Below, piece by piece: positions 1 to 10,037 of a stretch of 64,000 nt of DNA. Below the pieces are notes generated by a model, which searched no databases, was not told the DNA's origin, and saw only the letters and a list, made by a program, of their open reading frames with translations. This DNA is from Candidatus Peregrinibacteria bacterium CG_4_9_14_0_2_um_filter_53_11 (GTDB taxonomy: Bacteria > Patescibacteriota > Gracilibacteria > UBA1369 > UM-FILTER-53-11). Where the stretch lies: contig PFRX01000013.1 in assembly GCA_002788775.1 (NCBI GenBank), positions 5,790 through 69,789 on the forward strand, read 5' to 3'. Each line of letters opens with the position of its first letter. The first letter of the stretch is position 1. The translations under genes were made by a program, and so were the position numbers.

Positions 1-2654
1 CCGAGAATATCTCCGGCTCCACGAATCTCCAGATCTTTCATGGCGATCTGGAAGCCGGCTCCCAGCTCCGAGGCCTCAACAATGGCACGCAGACGCTTCT
101 TGGCGTCCAGACGAAGACGCTGGCTGTGGTAGAGGAAGTAGGCGTAGGCCTGGGACTTGCTGCGTCCCACACGTCCGCGAAGCTGGTAGAGCTGAGCCAG
201 TCCAAACTTCTCGGCGTTGTTCACAATAAGTGTGTTGGCGTTGGCCAGATCGATTCCGTTCTCAATAATCGTCGAGCTCACCAGCACGTCGAAGCGGTGT
301 TCTTTAAAGTCCACGATCCGCTCCTCGAGCTCCTTGCTGAGCAGCTTGCCGTGGGCAACACAGAAACGCGCCTCCGGGACAAGTGCCCTCAACCGTTCCG
401 CAATGGCATCGATCGTCTGAACACGGTTGTGGAGGAAGTAGACCTGCCCGCCACGTTTGAGCTCACGCAGAATGGCCTCGCGGATGAGGTCGTGCGAGTA
501 GCGGCGGACTTCAGTAATGACGGGGAGGCGGCCGGGGGGAGGCGTCGTAATGGTTGAAATGTCACGCAACTTGTTCAGACAGATGTTGAGTGTGCGAGGA
601 ATCGGCGTGGCCGTGAGGGTGAGGATATCGACCTCGGCACGGAGCTGCTTAAACTTCTCTTTTTGCTTAACGCCGAAGCGCTGCTCCTCATCTACGATAA
701 CAAGGCCCAAGTCTTTAAAAGCGACGTCCTTCTGAAGAAGACGGTGAGTACCGACCACAATGTCCACCTCCCCACGCTTCAGCTTCTCTAAAACGAGCTT
801 CTGCTCGCGCGGACTGCGAAAGCGGGAGAGGACATCAACTCGGACGTCAAAGTCCTCCATACGCTTCTGGAATGATCGGTAGTGCTGGTCAGCGAGAATG
901 GTTATCGGCGAGACGAGTGCCACCTGCTTTCCGTTCTGAACGGCATTGAAGGCCGCACGCATCGCCACCTCGGTCTTTCCAAAGCCCACATCACCACAGA
1001 TAAGGCGATCCATCGGCTCGGGCTTGGCCATGTCTTTCTTAACATCTTCGATCGCCTTGCGCTGGCCGGGGGTCTCTTCATAGGGGAAGCTCTCCTCGAA
1101 CTTCTTCTCCCTCGGCATGTCCAGCTCGTATGAACGGCCTTTGGCACGCTTTCGCTCAGCATAGAGGAGCAACAGCTCTTGGGCGATCTCTTCCGTCTCT
1201 TTCTTTACGCGCTTGGTCATCGTGGCCCACTCGGTCGAGCCAAGACGCGTCAGCTTGGGCGCATCGTCCTCAGATCCCACAAACTTGTTGACCTTATCGG
1301 CCTGATCGATCGGAACGAACAGCTTGTCGTTTTCGGCGTAACCCAGCCTCAGATACTCACGGGTAACGTTGTCGATCATGCGCTTCTCCAGACCCTCAAA
1401 ACGGGCGACCCCGTGGTTGATGTGAACAACCAAGTCGTTCGGCTTAAGGCTCGTGAGAAACTCCCAGAAAACTCGCTCGGAGACCTTCCTCTGCTTCTCT
1501 TCACGGAGGTTGGCAACATCGCGGTCAGAGATAACTAGAACATTCAGATCACCGGCCTGGAAGGAGGAGGGCGGGACCTCATCTTTCGAGAGGGGCATAA
1601 GCCGCACGGCCGGGTGCTCCTCGGTGAAGGGCCCGCTCTCAAGGGTGAAGCGCACCTTCCTATCCTTGAAAATATCGGCGACCGCCTCCATATGCTTGGT
1701 GAAGTAGATCACGCGCCAGTCGGTGAGGTTTTTCTCCTTAAGCTCGTGGGCCATATCGAGCAGGTCTTGATACTTCAAAACCGAAAGGTAGCGCAAACTT
1801 ATATGGCTCTTCGTATCTTCGGGAAAGGGGGTGAAGGCGATCAGCTTACTATCCTTATCACGGCGCTGGAACATCTCCTCCCAGGTCTCAAAAAACTCAT
1901 CGGTAACCTCAAGCTCGTCATCTACAATCAGCCCGTTCTGATTCACAAAGTCAAAGAAGGTGAGCCCCTTGAGCTCGACTCCCAGCGAGGAGACGTTGAG
2001 CTTAGCGAGCTTCTTGTGGATCTCACCCGTCTCCTGGCGGTACTCGAAAATGTCCGAGACCACGTCAAACTCGAACTCAATGCGCACCGGATACTCACTG
2101 TTAACCGGGAAGATGCTCAAAACGCCCCCGTTACCAAGGTAGCTGCCCCGCTCAAGATACTCGTCATCTGAGACCTCGTACCCCTCGGCGATCAGGCGCT
2201 CGAAGAGCTCGACAGCTGTGACGCTCTGCCCCTTCTCTATAAGGAGTTTTCGGGCTTGGAGCTGGGCGTGGTCGGGCATCTCTGCAATGAGTGTGGTGTA
2301 GGGCACCACCAGAATCGTCCGCTCGCCCTTCATGAAGTGTTTGAGCGTGTAGAGTATGTCGATCTTCTTCTGGCGCTCGTCGGCATGATCAAACCTCACC
2401 CTCTTTACCTCCCAGCTCGGTCCGAACCACTCTTCGCACGAGCGAGCTACATTCTCCTGCTCGGCCTGATCGTTAACAATCCACAGAATGGGCTTCTGTT
2501 TCTGTTCGCGCATCAGGTCGGCTAAAATGAACGCCTTTGAAGCGAAGTTGCCTGCACCCGAAATGGTAATCGCCGGAAATCTCTGATAGTTCTCAGAGAT
2601 CAGCGTGTTTTGGAGCTTAGGGAAAAATGTAATAAGCCCCTCTTCAAACGACAT
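1..2654 (-). CDS. mfd: Transcription-repair coupling factor Mfd (3' end outside window)
   Basis: Absent from the ORF track because it runs off the window edge. Read manually from ATG 2654 (MSFEEGLITFF...). Contains CarD/RID-like VVHINHGVARF, helicase motifs GDVGFGKTEVA and IVDEEQRFG, and the TRG motif AGFQIAMKDLEIRGAGDILG at the edge, in frame with the start. Confidence 0.95.
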   Translation of the reverse strand, partial: MSFEEGLITFFPKLQNTLISENYQRFPAITISGAGNFASKAFILADLMREQKQKPILWIVNDQAEQENVARSCEEWFGPSWEVKRVRFDHADERQKKIDILYTLKHFMKGERTILVVPYTTLIAEMPDHAQLQARKLLIEKGQSVTAVELFERLIAEGYEVSDDEYLERGSYLGNGGVLSIFPVNSEYPVRIEFEFDVVSDIFEYRQETGEIHKKLAKLNVSSLGVELKGLTFFDFVNQNGLIVDDELEVTDEFFETWEEMFQRRDKDSKLIAFTPFPEDTKSHISLRYLSVLKYQDLLDMAHELKEKNLTDWRVIYFTKHMEAVADIFKDRKVRFTLESGPFTEEHPAVRLMPLSKDEVPPSSFQAGDLNVLVISDRDVANLREEKQRKVSERVFWEFLTSLKPNDLVVHINHGVARFEGLEKRMIDNVTREYLRLGYAENDKLFVPIDQADKVNKFVGSEDDAPKLTRLGSTEWATMTKRVKKETEEIAQELLLLYAERKRAKGRSYELDMPREKKFEESFPYEETPGQRKAIEDVKKDMAKPEPMDRLICGDVGFGKTEVAMRAAFNAVQNGKQVALVSPITILADQHYRSFQKRMEDFDVRVDVLSRFRSPREQKLVLEKLKRGEVDIVVGTHRLLQKDVAFKDLGLVIVDEEQRFGVKQKEKFKQLRAEVDILTLTATPIPRTLNICLNKLRDISTITTPPPGRLPVITEVRRYSHDLIREAILRELKRGGQVYFLHNRVQTIDAIAERLRALVPEARFCVAHGKLLSKELEERIVDFKEHRFDVLVSSTIIENGIDLANANTLIVNNAEKFGLAQLYQLRGRVGRSKSQAYAYFLYHSQRLRLDAKKRLRAIVEASELGAGFQIAMKDLEIRGAGDIL

Positions 2655-2663
2655 AATCGATAT

Positions 2664-3770
2664 TTAAACTTTCAACGGCATAATAATGTACAGGTAGTCG
2701 TCCTTTTTTGCGGAACGCACCACCACGGGAGTGAGCTTCTCGCTCATCTCGATGGAGACATTCTCTTTAAGATGCCCCAGTACGTCAAGCAGATACTGCG
2801 AATTTATGGCGATTTTGTTGTTCTCGCCCTCCATGGTGATCTCGACTTCGGCCTTTTCCTCTCCCACGCTCGTCTCATCCGTGGCTATCTGAAGCTTGCC
2901 GTTATTAGTCGCCGTGAGCTTGATACTGTTGTTATTCTCGCGGGCAAAAAGGCTTACACGCTTGGTGGCCTGCGTAAGCTGGTCGGAAGCAACCTGAAAC
3001 TTGGTGCGCGTAGCCTTCGGAATAATCTTCTCATAGTCGGGGAACTTACCTTCAATCAGACGTGAGAGGAGCTCGATCCCGTTAGCGGAAAAGAGTATCT
3101 GGTTCTTGGCGATGCAGACATCCAGAGCGGCCCCTGCAGGGCACGAGTTGAGAATCCTTCCGAGCTCGAGCATCGTCCGAACCGGAATAACACACTCGAT
3201 CTGGCCCTCAACCTTCTTGCTCAGCTTGAGTTTCTTCTCTGCGAGACGGAAGCTGTCGGTCGCAACCATGGTGAGCACATCCTTATCACTCTGCATGTAG
3301 ACACCGGCCAGGATAGGGCGTGAGCCCCCCACAGCGGCCGAGAAGACCGTTCGGTCGATCGCCTCTGAAAAGTCTTTGGCTGGAATCGTAAACGAGGTCT
3401 CCTTTTCCACCTTTGGAATGAGTGGGAACTCATCGGGCGAGATGCCTTTAATCTTGGTCTGTGAGCTCGCGGAGGCGATATGCAGGGTCATCCCGCCTTC
3501 CACTTTCATCTCAACCTGGTCATCGGTGAGCAGCGAGATGTAGTTGGTCAGCAACTTGGCCGGAACCGTGATGCTTCCTTCGTTTTTAACATCACCGGCG
3601 ACGGCATAGTTAATCGCAATCTCAAGGTTGGTTGCAGAAAAAAACAGCTTCCCCTCAGCGGCCTTTAATAAAATATTATTTAAAACGGGCAGTGTTGAAG
3701 AAGTATTAACCGCAAGACTCACTATATCAAGTGCATACTTGAGATCTTTCTGCTTACATGTAATACGCAT
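2664..3770 (-). CDS. dnaN: DNA polymerase III beta sliding clamp
   Basis: 368 aa; SATNLEI, VATDSFRLA, SRLIEGKFPDY and C-terminal IIMPLKV are typical beta-clamp motifs. Confidence 0.97.
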   Translation of the reverse strand: MRITCKQKDLKYALDIVSLAVNTSSTLPVLNNILLKAAEGKLFFSATNLEIAINYAVAGDVKNEGSITVPAKLLTNYISLLTDDQVEMKVEGGMTLHIASASSQTKIKGISPDEFPLIPKVEKETSFTIPAKDFSEAIDRTVFSAAVGGSRPILAGVYMQSDKDVLTMVATDSFRLAEKKLKLSKKVEGQIECVIPVRTMLELGRILNSCPAGAALDVCIAKNQILFSANGIELLSRLIEGKFPDYEKIIPKATRTKFQVASDQLTQATKRVSLFARENNNSIKLTATNNGKLQIATDETSVGEEKAEVEITMEGENNKIAINSQYLLDVLGHLKENVSIEMSEKLTPVVVRSAKKDDYLYIIMPLKV

Positions 3771-4122
3771 ACCTGGTTCGGTTACAAGTCGAGGTCATTA
3801 TACGAAATGGAGCTATTAATACAAATAAATAGAATATAAATATTTAATAACTGTTGTTGTTTATGCAGTTTGCATGAGCGCCTTAAACGTGGGCTGGTAG
3901 CTCTTCGCCCTCACGACCGGCCGCCCACCCTTTTAGTGAGGCCCGCCGGACCAGCGGCAGCTACATTTTTTACTCACTCTCTAACCTGTAAAAATTGAGA
4001 ATCGGGCAGGAGGCTTCTTATAAGCCATCACAATAAATACGGGCGAATGCAATGTGGCCGGGAAACCCTCTCTTAAAGGGCTAAAAAGGGTGCAAAAAGT
4101 GTGCTATCCAATCTTATGAGTA

Positions 4123-4153
4123 CGTGCAAAACCTGTGTAGAACCGGTGTGTAA
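4123..4153. promoter_or_regulatory. Array of degenerate DnaA-box-like 9-mers (candidate oriC element)
   Basis: CGTGCAAAA (4123), TGTGTAGAA (4134) and GGTGTGTAA (4145) at 11-bp period, each 1-2 mismatches from TGTGNAWAA; another at 4089; AT-rich tract at about 3815-3862; located upstream of dnaN. Confidence 0.35.
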
Positions 4154-4227
4154 CACCTCAACGTTTTGTGGAGTTTTCGTCGATGAGCCGGGGGGGCAGT
4201 CTAAAACTTTCGCGCTTTACGCCCCAC

Positions 4228-4264
4228 AAAAAAAGAGCCGTGCAAAAGTACTTTGACGGCTCTT
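4228..4264 (-). terminator. Rho-independent terminator of rnj
   Basis: AAGAGCCGT...ACGGCTCTT stem followed by a T-run on the minus strand, just after the rnj stop. Confidence 0.8.
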
Positions 4265-4277
4265 AACAAGTTTTGAA

Positions 4278-6284
4278 CTAAACTTCGATAATCACCGGCA
4301 ATATCAACGGGTTCCGCCCAATTTTTCGGTGGGTAAATCGGTCGAGAGCGGTGCGGACATAGGCCTTTACATCACCACGTTTCCAGCCTTTAAATCGCTC
4401 CAGTGCGGCCTCATAACCCTTACGAGCACGGCTAATCGTCTCTTTGACCAGCTCCTGTGACTCGTCCATGTAGATGAACCCACGGGTGATGATCTCGGGG
4501 TCTTTTACGAGCTTTTTAGTCTTGCCATCAACCGTAAGAAGTATTGTAAGTACGCCGTTCTGGGACATAATTTGTCGATCCATGATGATCTGTGCTCCCA
4601 CATCACCGATGCCTTTGCCGTCAATCATGATGTAGTTTGCACTGACTTTTTCCTTTGTTGCGCGTGCCTGGCCGTTGTGGATCTCCAAGACGTCACCGTT
4701 TTCGATCACAATGGCATTTTCTTGGCTGAGCCCCATAGCGCGCCCAATCTCCGCATGTGCATGGCGCATGTAGATCTCGCCGTGGACGGGAACGAGGCTG
4801 CGGGGTTTTACCAGGTTGATCATAAGCTTGAGGTCCTCACGCTGGGCGTGTCCCGAGGTGTGAACGTCCATCACCTGGTTGAAGATCACACGTGCGCCGA
4901 GGCGGACGAGGTTGTTAATAACACTGAAGACGGCCTTCTCGTTTCCCGGAATGGGCGACGAGGAGAGGATGATCGTGTCCCCGGGTTTGATCCTGATCTG
5001 TGGGTGGTCGCCGAGTCCCATACGGGCAAGTGCCGAGACGGCCTCACCCTGGGCGCCAGTTGTAAGAATGAGGGTGTCCGCATCTTTAATACGGTTGGGC
5101 ATCTGCTTGATCGAGTTTACGATACCGGGAGGAGTCTTAATAAAAGAGAGCTCCTGGGCGATCGAGATGTTGTCGGACATACTGCGGCCCGAGACGTAGA
5201 CCTTTCGGCCATGGCGCGAGGCGGCGTTAATGAGGAACTGTAGGCGTCCAATAAGAGAGGAGAAGGCAGCGATGATAATGCGACCGGGAGCCTCTGCAAT
5301 AACCTTTTCAAGGTTCTCTCCAACCTGCTTCTCTGAAAGTGTGTGCCCCGCCTTGAGGGCGTTCGTACTATCTGAAAAGAGAGCGGAGATGTTCTGATTC
5401 GCGAATGAACCGATCTTGGCGAAGTCGGTTGGCTCTTGATAGACCGGCGTAAGGTCAAACTTAAAGTCTCCCGTGTGGACGATGTTCCCCGCAGGTGACT
5501 TGAGCAGAATACCCAAGCTGTCCGGGATGCTGTGGTTGACGCGGAACCAGTCTACGCTGAAGGAGCCGAAGCGCAGCGTCTTATCGGGATCGACCACGTG
5601 CATCTGGGCCTGTTTTGTAAGGTTGAACTCGTCGAGGCGCTTCTTTACCAGTCCCATACTTAACTTCGAGCCATAGATAGGCGGGAATTTGAGTTTTGGC
5701 AGTAGGTAGGGAATCGCACCAATATGGTCGAGGTGACCGTGGGTGATAAGAATCGCTCGGATCTTGTGTTCCTTTCCTTCAAGATAGGAGATATCGGGGA
5801 TGACGTAATCAACTCCCAGCATGTCCTCTTCCGGAAACTGAAACCCCACGTCGACAATAACAATGTCATTCTCGTACTCAAAGACCATCATGTTTTTCCC
5901 GACCTCGTCGAGTCCGCCAAGCGGGATACAGCGAAGAGGTTTGCCGCTCCCATGTGGAGCCGGCTGGGTTGGTTCGTGATGAGTTGTGGGAGCACGCTGC
6001 TGGGTGTGCGGTGCCTGAGGATTCCCCTCGGAACCGGCCCGTGCGCCTCCACGTGATCCGCCGCGTGAGCGTCGTCGGGGACGTCCGCCACGTTGGCTAC
6101 CTCCCCCCGGGTTAGCGCTCGGCTGTGAACCTGCCTGACGATGAGTCGGGGCGGGTCGTGCGGGATGAGGAGCTGAACTGCCTGATTGTGCTTTTTCTGC
6201 GGCTACGCTAAAGGCGATTTGTTCACCTGCGGCACCGCCAATGTTCTGGCTAAGCCAGTTTTCTAGATTATCGGTATCTTTCAT
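4278..6284 (-). CDS. rnj: Ribonuclease J with long disordered N-terminal extension
   Basis: PLGGLDEVGKNM, THGHLDHIG, HSIPD, HTGDFK, HTSGHA and PVHGE metallo-beta-lactamase/beta-CASP motifs. Confidence 0.96.
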   Translation of the reverse strand: MKDTDNLENWLSQNIGGAAGEQIAFSVAAEKAQSGSSAPHPARPAPTHRQAGSQPSANPGGGSQRGGRPRRRSRGGSRGGARAGSEGNPQAPHTQQRAPTTHHEPTQPAPHGSGKPLRCIPLGGLDEVGKNMMVFEYENDIVIVDVGFQFPEEDMLGVDYVIPDISYLEGKEHKIRAILITHGHLDHIGAIPYLLPKLKFPPIYGSKLSMGLVKKRLDEFNLTKQAQMHVVDPDKTLRFGSFSVDWFRVNHSIPDSLGILLKSPAGNIVHTGDFKFDLTPVYQEPTDFAKIGSFANQNISALFSDSTNALKAGHTLSEKQVGENLEKVIAEAPGRIIIAAFSSLIGRLQFLINAASRHGRKVYVSGRSMSDNISIAQELSFIKTPPGIVNSIKQMPNRIKDADTLILTTGAQGEAVSALARMGLGDHPQIRIKPGDTIILSSSPIPGNEKAVFSVINNLVRLGARVIFNQVMDVHTSGHAQREDLKLMINLVKPRSLVPVHGEIYMRHAHAEIGRAMGLSQENAIVIENGDVLEIHNGQARATKEKVSANYIMIDGKGIGDVGAQIIMDRQIMSQNGVLTILLTVDGKTKKLVKDPEIITRGFIYMDESQELVKETISRARKGYEAALERFKGWKRGDVKAYVRTALDRFTHRKIGRNPLILPVIIEV

Positions 6285-6304
6285 GTTCGTTAGTACTACT
6301 AGTA

Positions 6305-6938
6305 TAGTACTACTTTCTTCTTTTGCCTATGGGAGGCCTAGTTGTCCGACTTCTCACCGACGGCATCTTCCATGCCGGGGTGGTTGATCGAGATAACAGC
6401 ACCGCTCGAGCTGACGTTGACGCTCCGTGGCTGAGCCAGGGCGCCGGCGTTAACACCTTCGGCATCGCTGGGCATACGGTAGTCGATTACGATGGAGTGA
6501 TTACCACCGAGTTCTTCTGCGCGTACCGCGGTAATCTGGGCGAAGGCGGGCAGCTGTTTGGCAACGCCGGGGAAGAGCTCCGCGACTCGTTTTGCCTGCT
6601 GTTCCGGGTCCACCCCCTGCTGTTGAGCAAGGTTGAGATCGGCGAGCGCCTGTGCGAGGCGAGCCTCAGGCTTTTCCAGGATCCCCTTCGCCTCACCCTT
6701 GTCCTCGGCGAGTCCGCTTAGGCGTGAGTCGGCGAGTCGGGCTGCCTCGGCGGCCTTGGCCAGGGCGTCGTCGGGAGTTTCCTCGGCTGAGCGTTCGGGA
6801 GCGTTTGTAGGCTGGTTCTCAACGGCCTGGAAGGCCTGGTTAAGTTGATCGTCCAATCCCTCATTACGTGGTTCTGGTGCTGCTGAGGTTGATTCCTGTG
6901 GCTTACCCATGGCGTCGTGGTTTTAGAAAGTAGTACTA
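6305..6938. repeat. Perfect 14-bp inverted repeat pair flanking an orphan gene
   Basis: TAGTACTACTTTCT (6305-6318) and AGAAAGTAGTACTA (6925-6938); a third partial copy TAGTACTACT at 6291-6300. Confidence 0.8.
6338..6910 (-). CDS. Hypothetical protein (acidic, Ala/Glu-rich helical)
   Basis: 190-aa ORF filling the gap between rnj and murD; protein-like composition; upstream TGCTATAAT on the minus strand (6961-6969). Confidence 0.75.
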   Translation of the reverse strand: MGKPQESTSAAPEPRNEGLDDQLNQAFQAVENQPTNAPERSAEETPDDALAKAAEAARLADSRLSGLAEDKGEAKGILEKPEARLAQALADLNLAQQQGVDPEQQAKRVAELFPGVAKQLPAFAQITAVRAEELGGNHSIVIDYRMPSDAEGVNAGALAQPRSVNVSSSGAVISINHPGMEDAVGEKSDN

Positions 6939-7014
6939 GGAAATAAAAATGATTCGCATCATTATAGCACGCCGGTCTCGAAAGATCAACCGGGGCCATG
7001 GTATTATTCATCAT

Positions 7015-8430
7015 ATGAAGGTTGCCATCATCGGTTACGGGCGGGAAGGTAAAGCTGTTACGGAGTACTTTCGGGGCAAAAAAAGTGCAGAACTTTTCGT
7101 CTGCGACGCCAATGCCGAACTCAGCCTATCCCCCAACAAAATAACATCCGCCGCAAAAATCCATCTTAGGACCGGCCCGGACTACCTGCGCGGACTCGCC
7201 TCCTACGACCTCATCTTCCGAAGTCCCGGCGTCCCCTACCTCACATCCGAGCTACAAGCGGTTAAAGAAAAGCTTACGAGTGGGACGCGCTACTTTTTCG
7301 AAAAAGCCCCCTGCCCGATCATCGGAGTAACCGGCACCAAGGGGAAGGGAACAACCTGCACCCTCCTCTACGAGCTGCTCAAAAAGGGCTACAAGAAAGG
7401 CCGCGTCTTTTTTGGAGGGAACATCGGAACGCCCGCCCTCGGCTTTCTGGACGAGCTCACTCCCGACGATCTGGTCATCCTCGAGCTCTCCAGTTTCCAG
7501 TTGCAAGATCTCGACCGGAGTCCGCACATCGCCGTCGTTTTAGGTGTTACGGAAGATCACCTCGATCATCATAAAAACCGCAAAGAGTACGTTGACGCGA
7601 AGCGCACAATCGCCCAGCACCAAGGCAAAAACGACATGCTCATAGTAGATGCGGACGACGCTACGGCGCTGTCTTTTCTAAAGGGAAGTAAGGCGCGACC
7701 CTTTCAGATTTCGCTCGATGCCCACACAGAGCCGGGCGCCTTCGTGAAGGTTGGAAGTCTGGTTATCAACGACGGGGAGACGGGTCTTATCTTTGGCGAG
7801 CGCGGGGCCACCGGTCTGCAGGGCGAGCATAATCTCTACAACATCCTCTCGGCAGCGATGGCTGCCCACCTCTGCGGCGTGCCGGTCGAGGTCATTCAGA
7901 AGGCGGTACATGACTTTAAAGGCCTTCCGCATAGGCTCCAGCTGGTGCGCGAGCTCAAGGGTGCTCGTTACTACGACGACTCAGCCTCCACCAATCCTTC
8001 CACAACCGCCGCCGCAGTTGCCGCCTTCTCCCAGCCCACGACGCTCATCGTTGGAGGCTCAGACAAGCAGGCCGACTTTGCCCCGATGGCCAAGGCGATC
8101 GTCGAACAGCTCAACGTGAAGACCGTCATCATGATGGGGCAGACGGCACCTAAAATCGAGGCGGCGCTCGAAAAGGCCGCCGCAATCCAAGCGGAAGAGG
8201 TCGTCGCACGCATAGAGGCGACTGGCCGGGACGTCCGCCGCCGCGAGGTCCAGCTTGAGCTGGTTACCGCCGAGACCTACCAAGAAGCCTTCATGGTGGC
8301 CTACCTTACAGCCCAGCCGGGCGAGGTGGTTCTTCTCTCTCCGGGATGCGCGAGCTTCGACATGTTCGACAGTTACGAGCACCGTGGAGAGGTCTTCACC
8401 CGCTACATTGAAGGACTCGGGGAAGAGTAG
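7015..8430 (+). CDS. murD: UDP-N-acetylmuramoyl-L-alanine--D-glutamate ligase
   Basis: GYGREG, RSPGVP, GVTGTKGKGTT, GGNIG, LELSSFQL, HRLQ, DDSASTN, LLSPGCASFD. Start moved to ATG 7015 (MKVAIIG). Confidence 0.96.
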   Translation: MKVAIIGYGREGKAVTEYFRGKKSAELFVCDANAELSLSPNKITSAAKIHLRTGPDYLRGLASYDLIFRSPGVPYLTSELQAVKEKLTSGTRYFFEKAPCPIIGVTGTKGKGTTCTLLYELLKKGYKKGRVFFGGNIGTPALGFLDELTPDDLVILELSSFQLQDLDRSPHIAVVLGVTEDHLDHHKNRKEYVDAKRTIAQHQGKNDMLIVDADDATALSFLKGSKARPFQISLDAHTEPGAFVKVGSLVINDGETGLIFGERGATGLQGEHNLYNILSAAMAAHLCGVPVEVIQKAVHDFKGLPHRLQLVRELKGARYYDDSASTNPSTTAAAVAAFSQPTTLIVGGSDKQADFAPMAKAIVEQLNVKTVIMMGQTAPKIEAALEKAAAIQAEEVVARIEATGRDVRRREVQLELVTAETYQEAFMVAYLTAQPGEVVLLSPGCASFDMFDSYEHRGEVFTRYIEGLGEE

Positions 8431-8438
8431 GGCGCTTT

Positions 8439-9971
8439 CTAGGGCGTAAGCGGAGGTGGCGGATCATCCTTGGCAGGTTCTTTCTGTATGATCAGACGAA
8501 CCATCTCTTTGGAGACCGCGCGCGTCAGGATCATGCTCAGGCCGAAGACGGCGGCTCCCAGCGGCACCAGAATGAGGAGACTCTTTGTGTGGAATAGGGC
8601 GCTGAGCGGGGCAGCCGTCAACCAGAGTACGAGCCCCATCGCACCCGTTGAGACAAAGGTTTTTGCGATGAAGGGAAGGTCCCATATATTACTGAGGTAG
8701 CGTCGGGCGAGCAGGGTCAGCGTGACGAACATGACGATCTCCGTTCCCACCACACTGAGTGCCGCACCAACAAAACCATAGCGTGGAGCCAGAATCACAT
8801 TAAGCAGAATGTTGATCGTGGCGCCGATCCCGTTGGCGACAAGTACCAGTTTCTGCTGTCCTTTAGCGACCAGAACATACGTGAAGACGACGTGCAAAAA
8901 TGTGAAGACCAGGGCCCCAAGCAGGATTCGCAGCGCCAGATCCGAGCCATAAATAACGGCACCGTCGGCGGCTCTGTGGGTTAGGAACTCCGGGCTGCTC
9001 ACGGCCGCCGTAAGCTGCCAGCTCAACATGAAACCACCCATCAGAATCGGCAGACTCAGTGTAACCATGGTGTTAAGGGCGTAACGAACGATCTTCTCAG
9101 CGCGCTGTCGGTTGACCACGATGCTCGCCGTGAGTATCGGCAGAACCGAGTTCATAAAGTAGTGTGGGACGATCTGCAGAATCTCAACAAACCGCATCGG
9201 AACGCCAAAAAGTCCCACCTGCTCCTTCTCTCCCAACAGTGAGAGGACGATCGTGCCCATGCGGAAGTAGATCGTGCCCAGCATGAGGGCTAGTCCATAG
9301 GGAAGGGCTTTAATCAGGATGTCTTTCCAGAAGTCCAACTCAAACCGGAATCGGACCACGGCGAGTTTAGAGGCGGCTCGATACGTTATGAGGACGGTGA
9401 TAAGCCCCCCGATGATCCAGGCCGTAAGTAGGTGCGGGAAACCGGCCGCGGGGTCATTCGGATAGAAGACCGTTATTGTGAGGACGATGTAGCCCACCGT
9501 GACGATCTTCCCGATAGAGAGGGCGATCGAGGTCCAGAACATCTTCAAATGATACTGCAGCAGCGAAGACATCGTGCCCGCAATGAGAGTGATGACCGTG
9601 GCGATCGAGACGATACCCACACCCATGGGGATGGGCGTACCGCGGTAGGCGGGAATGAGGAAAGTTACAAAGAAGCCCAGGCCAAGGGCGGCAACGGCCA
9701 GAACGGTCCGGATCGAGAGGACGTTCCCCAGAATTTTTTCGATCTTGTTGCCATGGTGGGCCATCTCTCGAACGGCGATTGTGAAGAGGCCGAAGTCGGC
9801 AATGATCGCAAAGAGAGCGGTGTAGTCGTAGATGGTGGTGTACTCACCGTAGGTCGAGCGGGAGAGGTAGTTTGTGATGAACTTAATGCTGACGATGCCC
9901 AGAACGGCAGTAATAAACTTGCCGATCACCTGCCAGGCCGTATTTGAGAATATTTTTCGCGCGAGTGACAC
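8439..9971 (-). CDS. Wzx/MOP-family polysaccharide flippase
   Basis: About 14 hydrophobic segments; KIFSNTAWQ, DFGLFTIAVRE and PRYGFVGAA pattern. Confidence 0.85.
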   Translation of the reverse strand: MSLARKIFSNTAWQVIGKFITAVLGIVSIKFITNYLSRSTYGEYTTIYDYTALFAIIADFGLFTIAVREMAHHGNKIEKILGNVLSIRTVLAVAALGLGFFVTFLIPAYRGTPIPMGVGIVSIATVITLIAGTMSSLLQYHLKMFWTSIALSIGKIVTVGYIVLTITVFYPNDPAAGFPHLLTAWIIGGLITVLITYRAASKLAVVRFRFELDFWKDILIKALPYGLALMLGTIYFRMGTIVLSLLGEKEQVGLFGVPMRFVEILQIVPHYFMNSVLPILTASIVVNRQRAEKIVRYALNTMVTLSLPILMGGFMLSWQLTAAVSSPEFLTHRAADGAVIYGSDLALRILLGALVFTFLHVVFTYVLVAKGQQKLVLVANGIGATINILLNVILAPRYGFVGAALSVVGTEIVMFVTLTLLARRYLSNIWDLPFIAKTFVSTGAMGLVLWLTAAPLSALFHTKSLLILVPLGAAVFGLSMILTRAVSKEMVRLIIQKEPAKDDPPPPLTP

Positions 9972-10037
9972 GAGCGCATTGTACTCGGAACCGGAGCCTG
10001 GTGGTAGGCGGGGTGTAAAAGGCGTATTATATAGTTA

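Noticed and set aside
126-3065. Plus-strand ORFs of 60-185 aa
   Set aside because: Antisense shadows of mfd and dnaN; the minus frame carries the conserved motifs.
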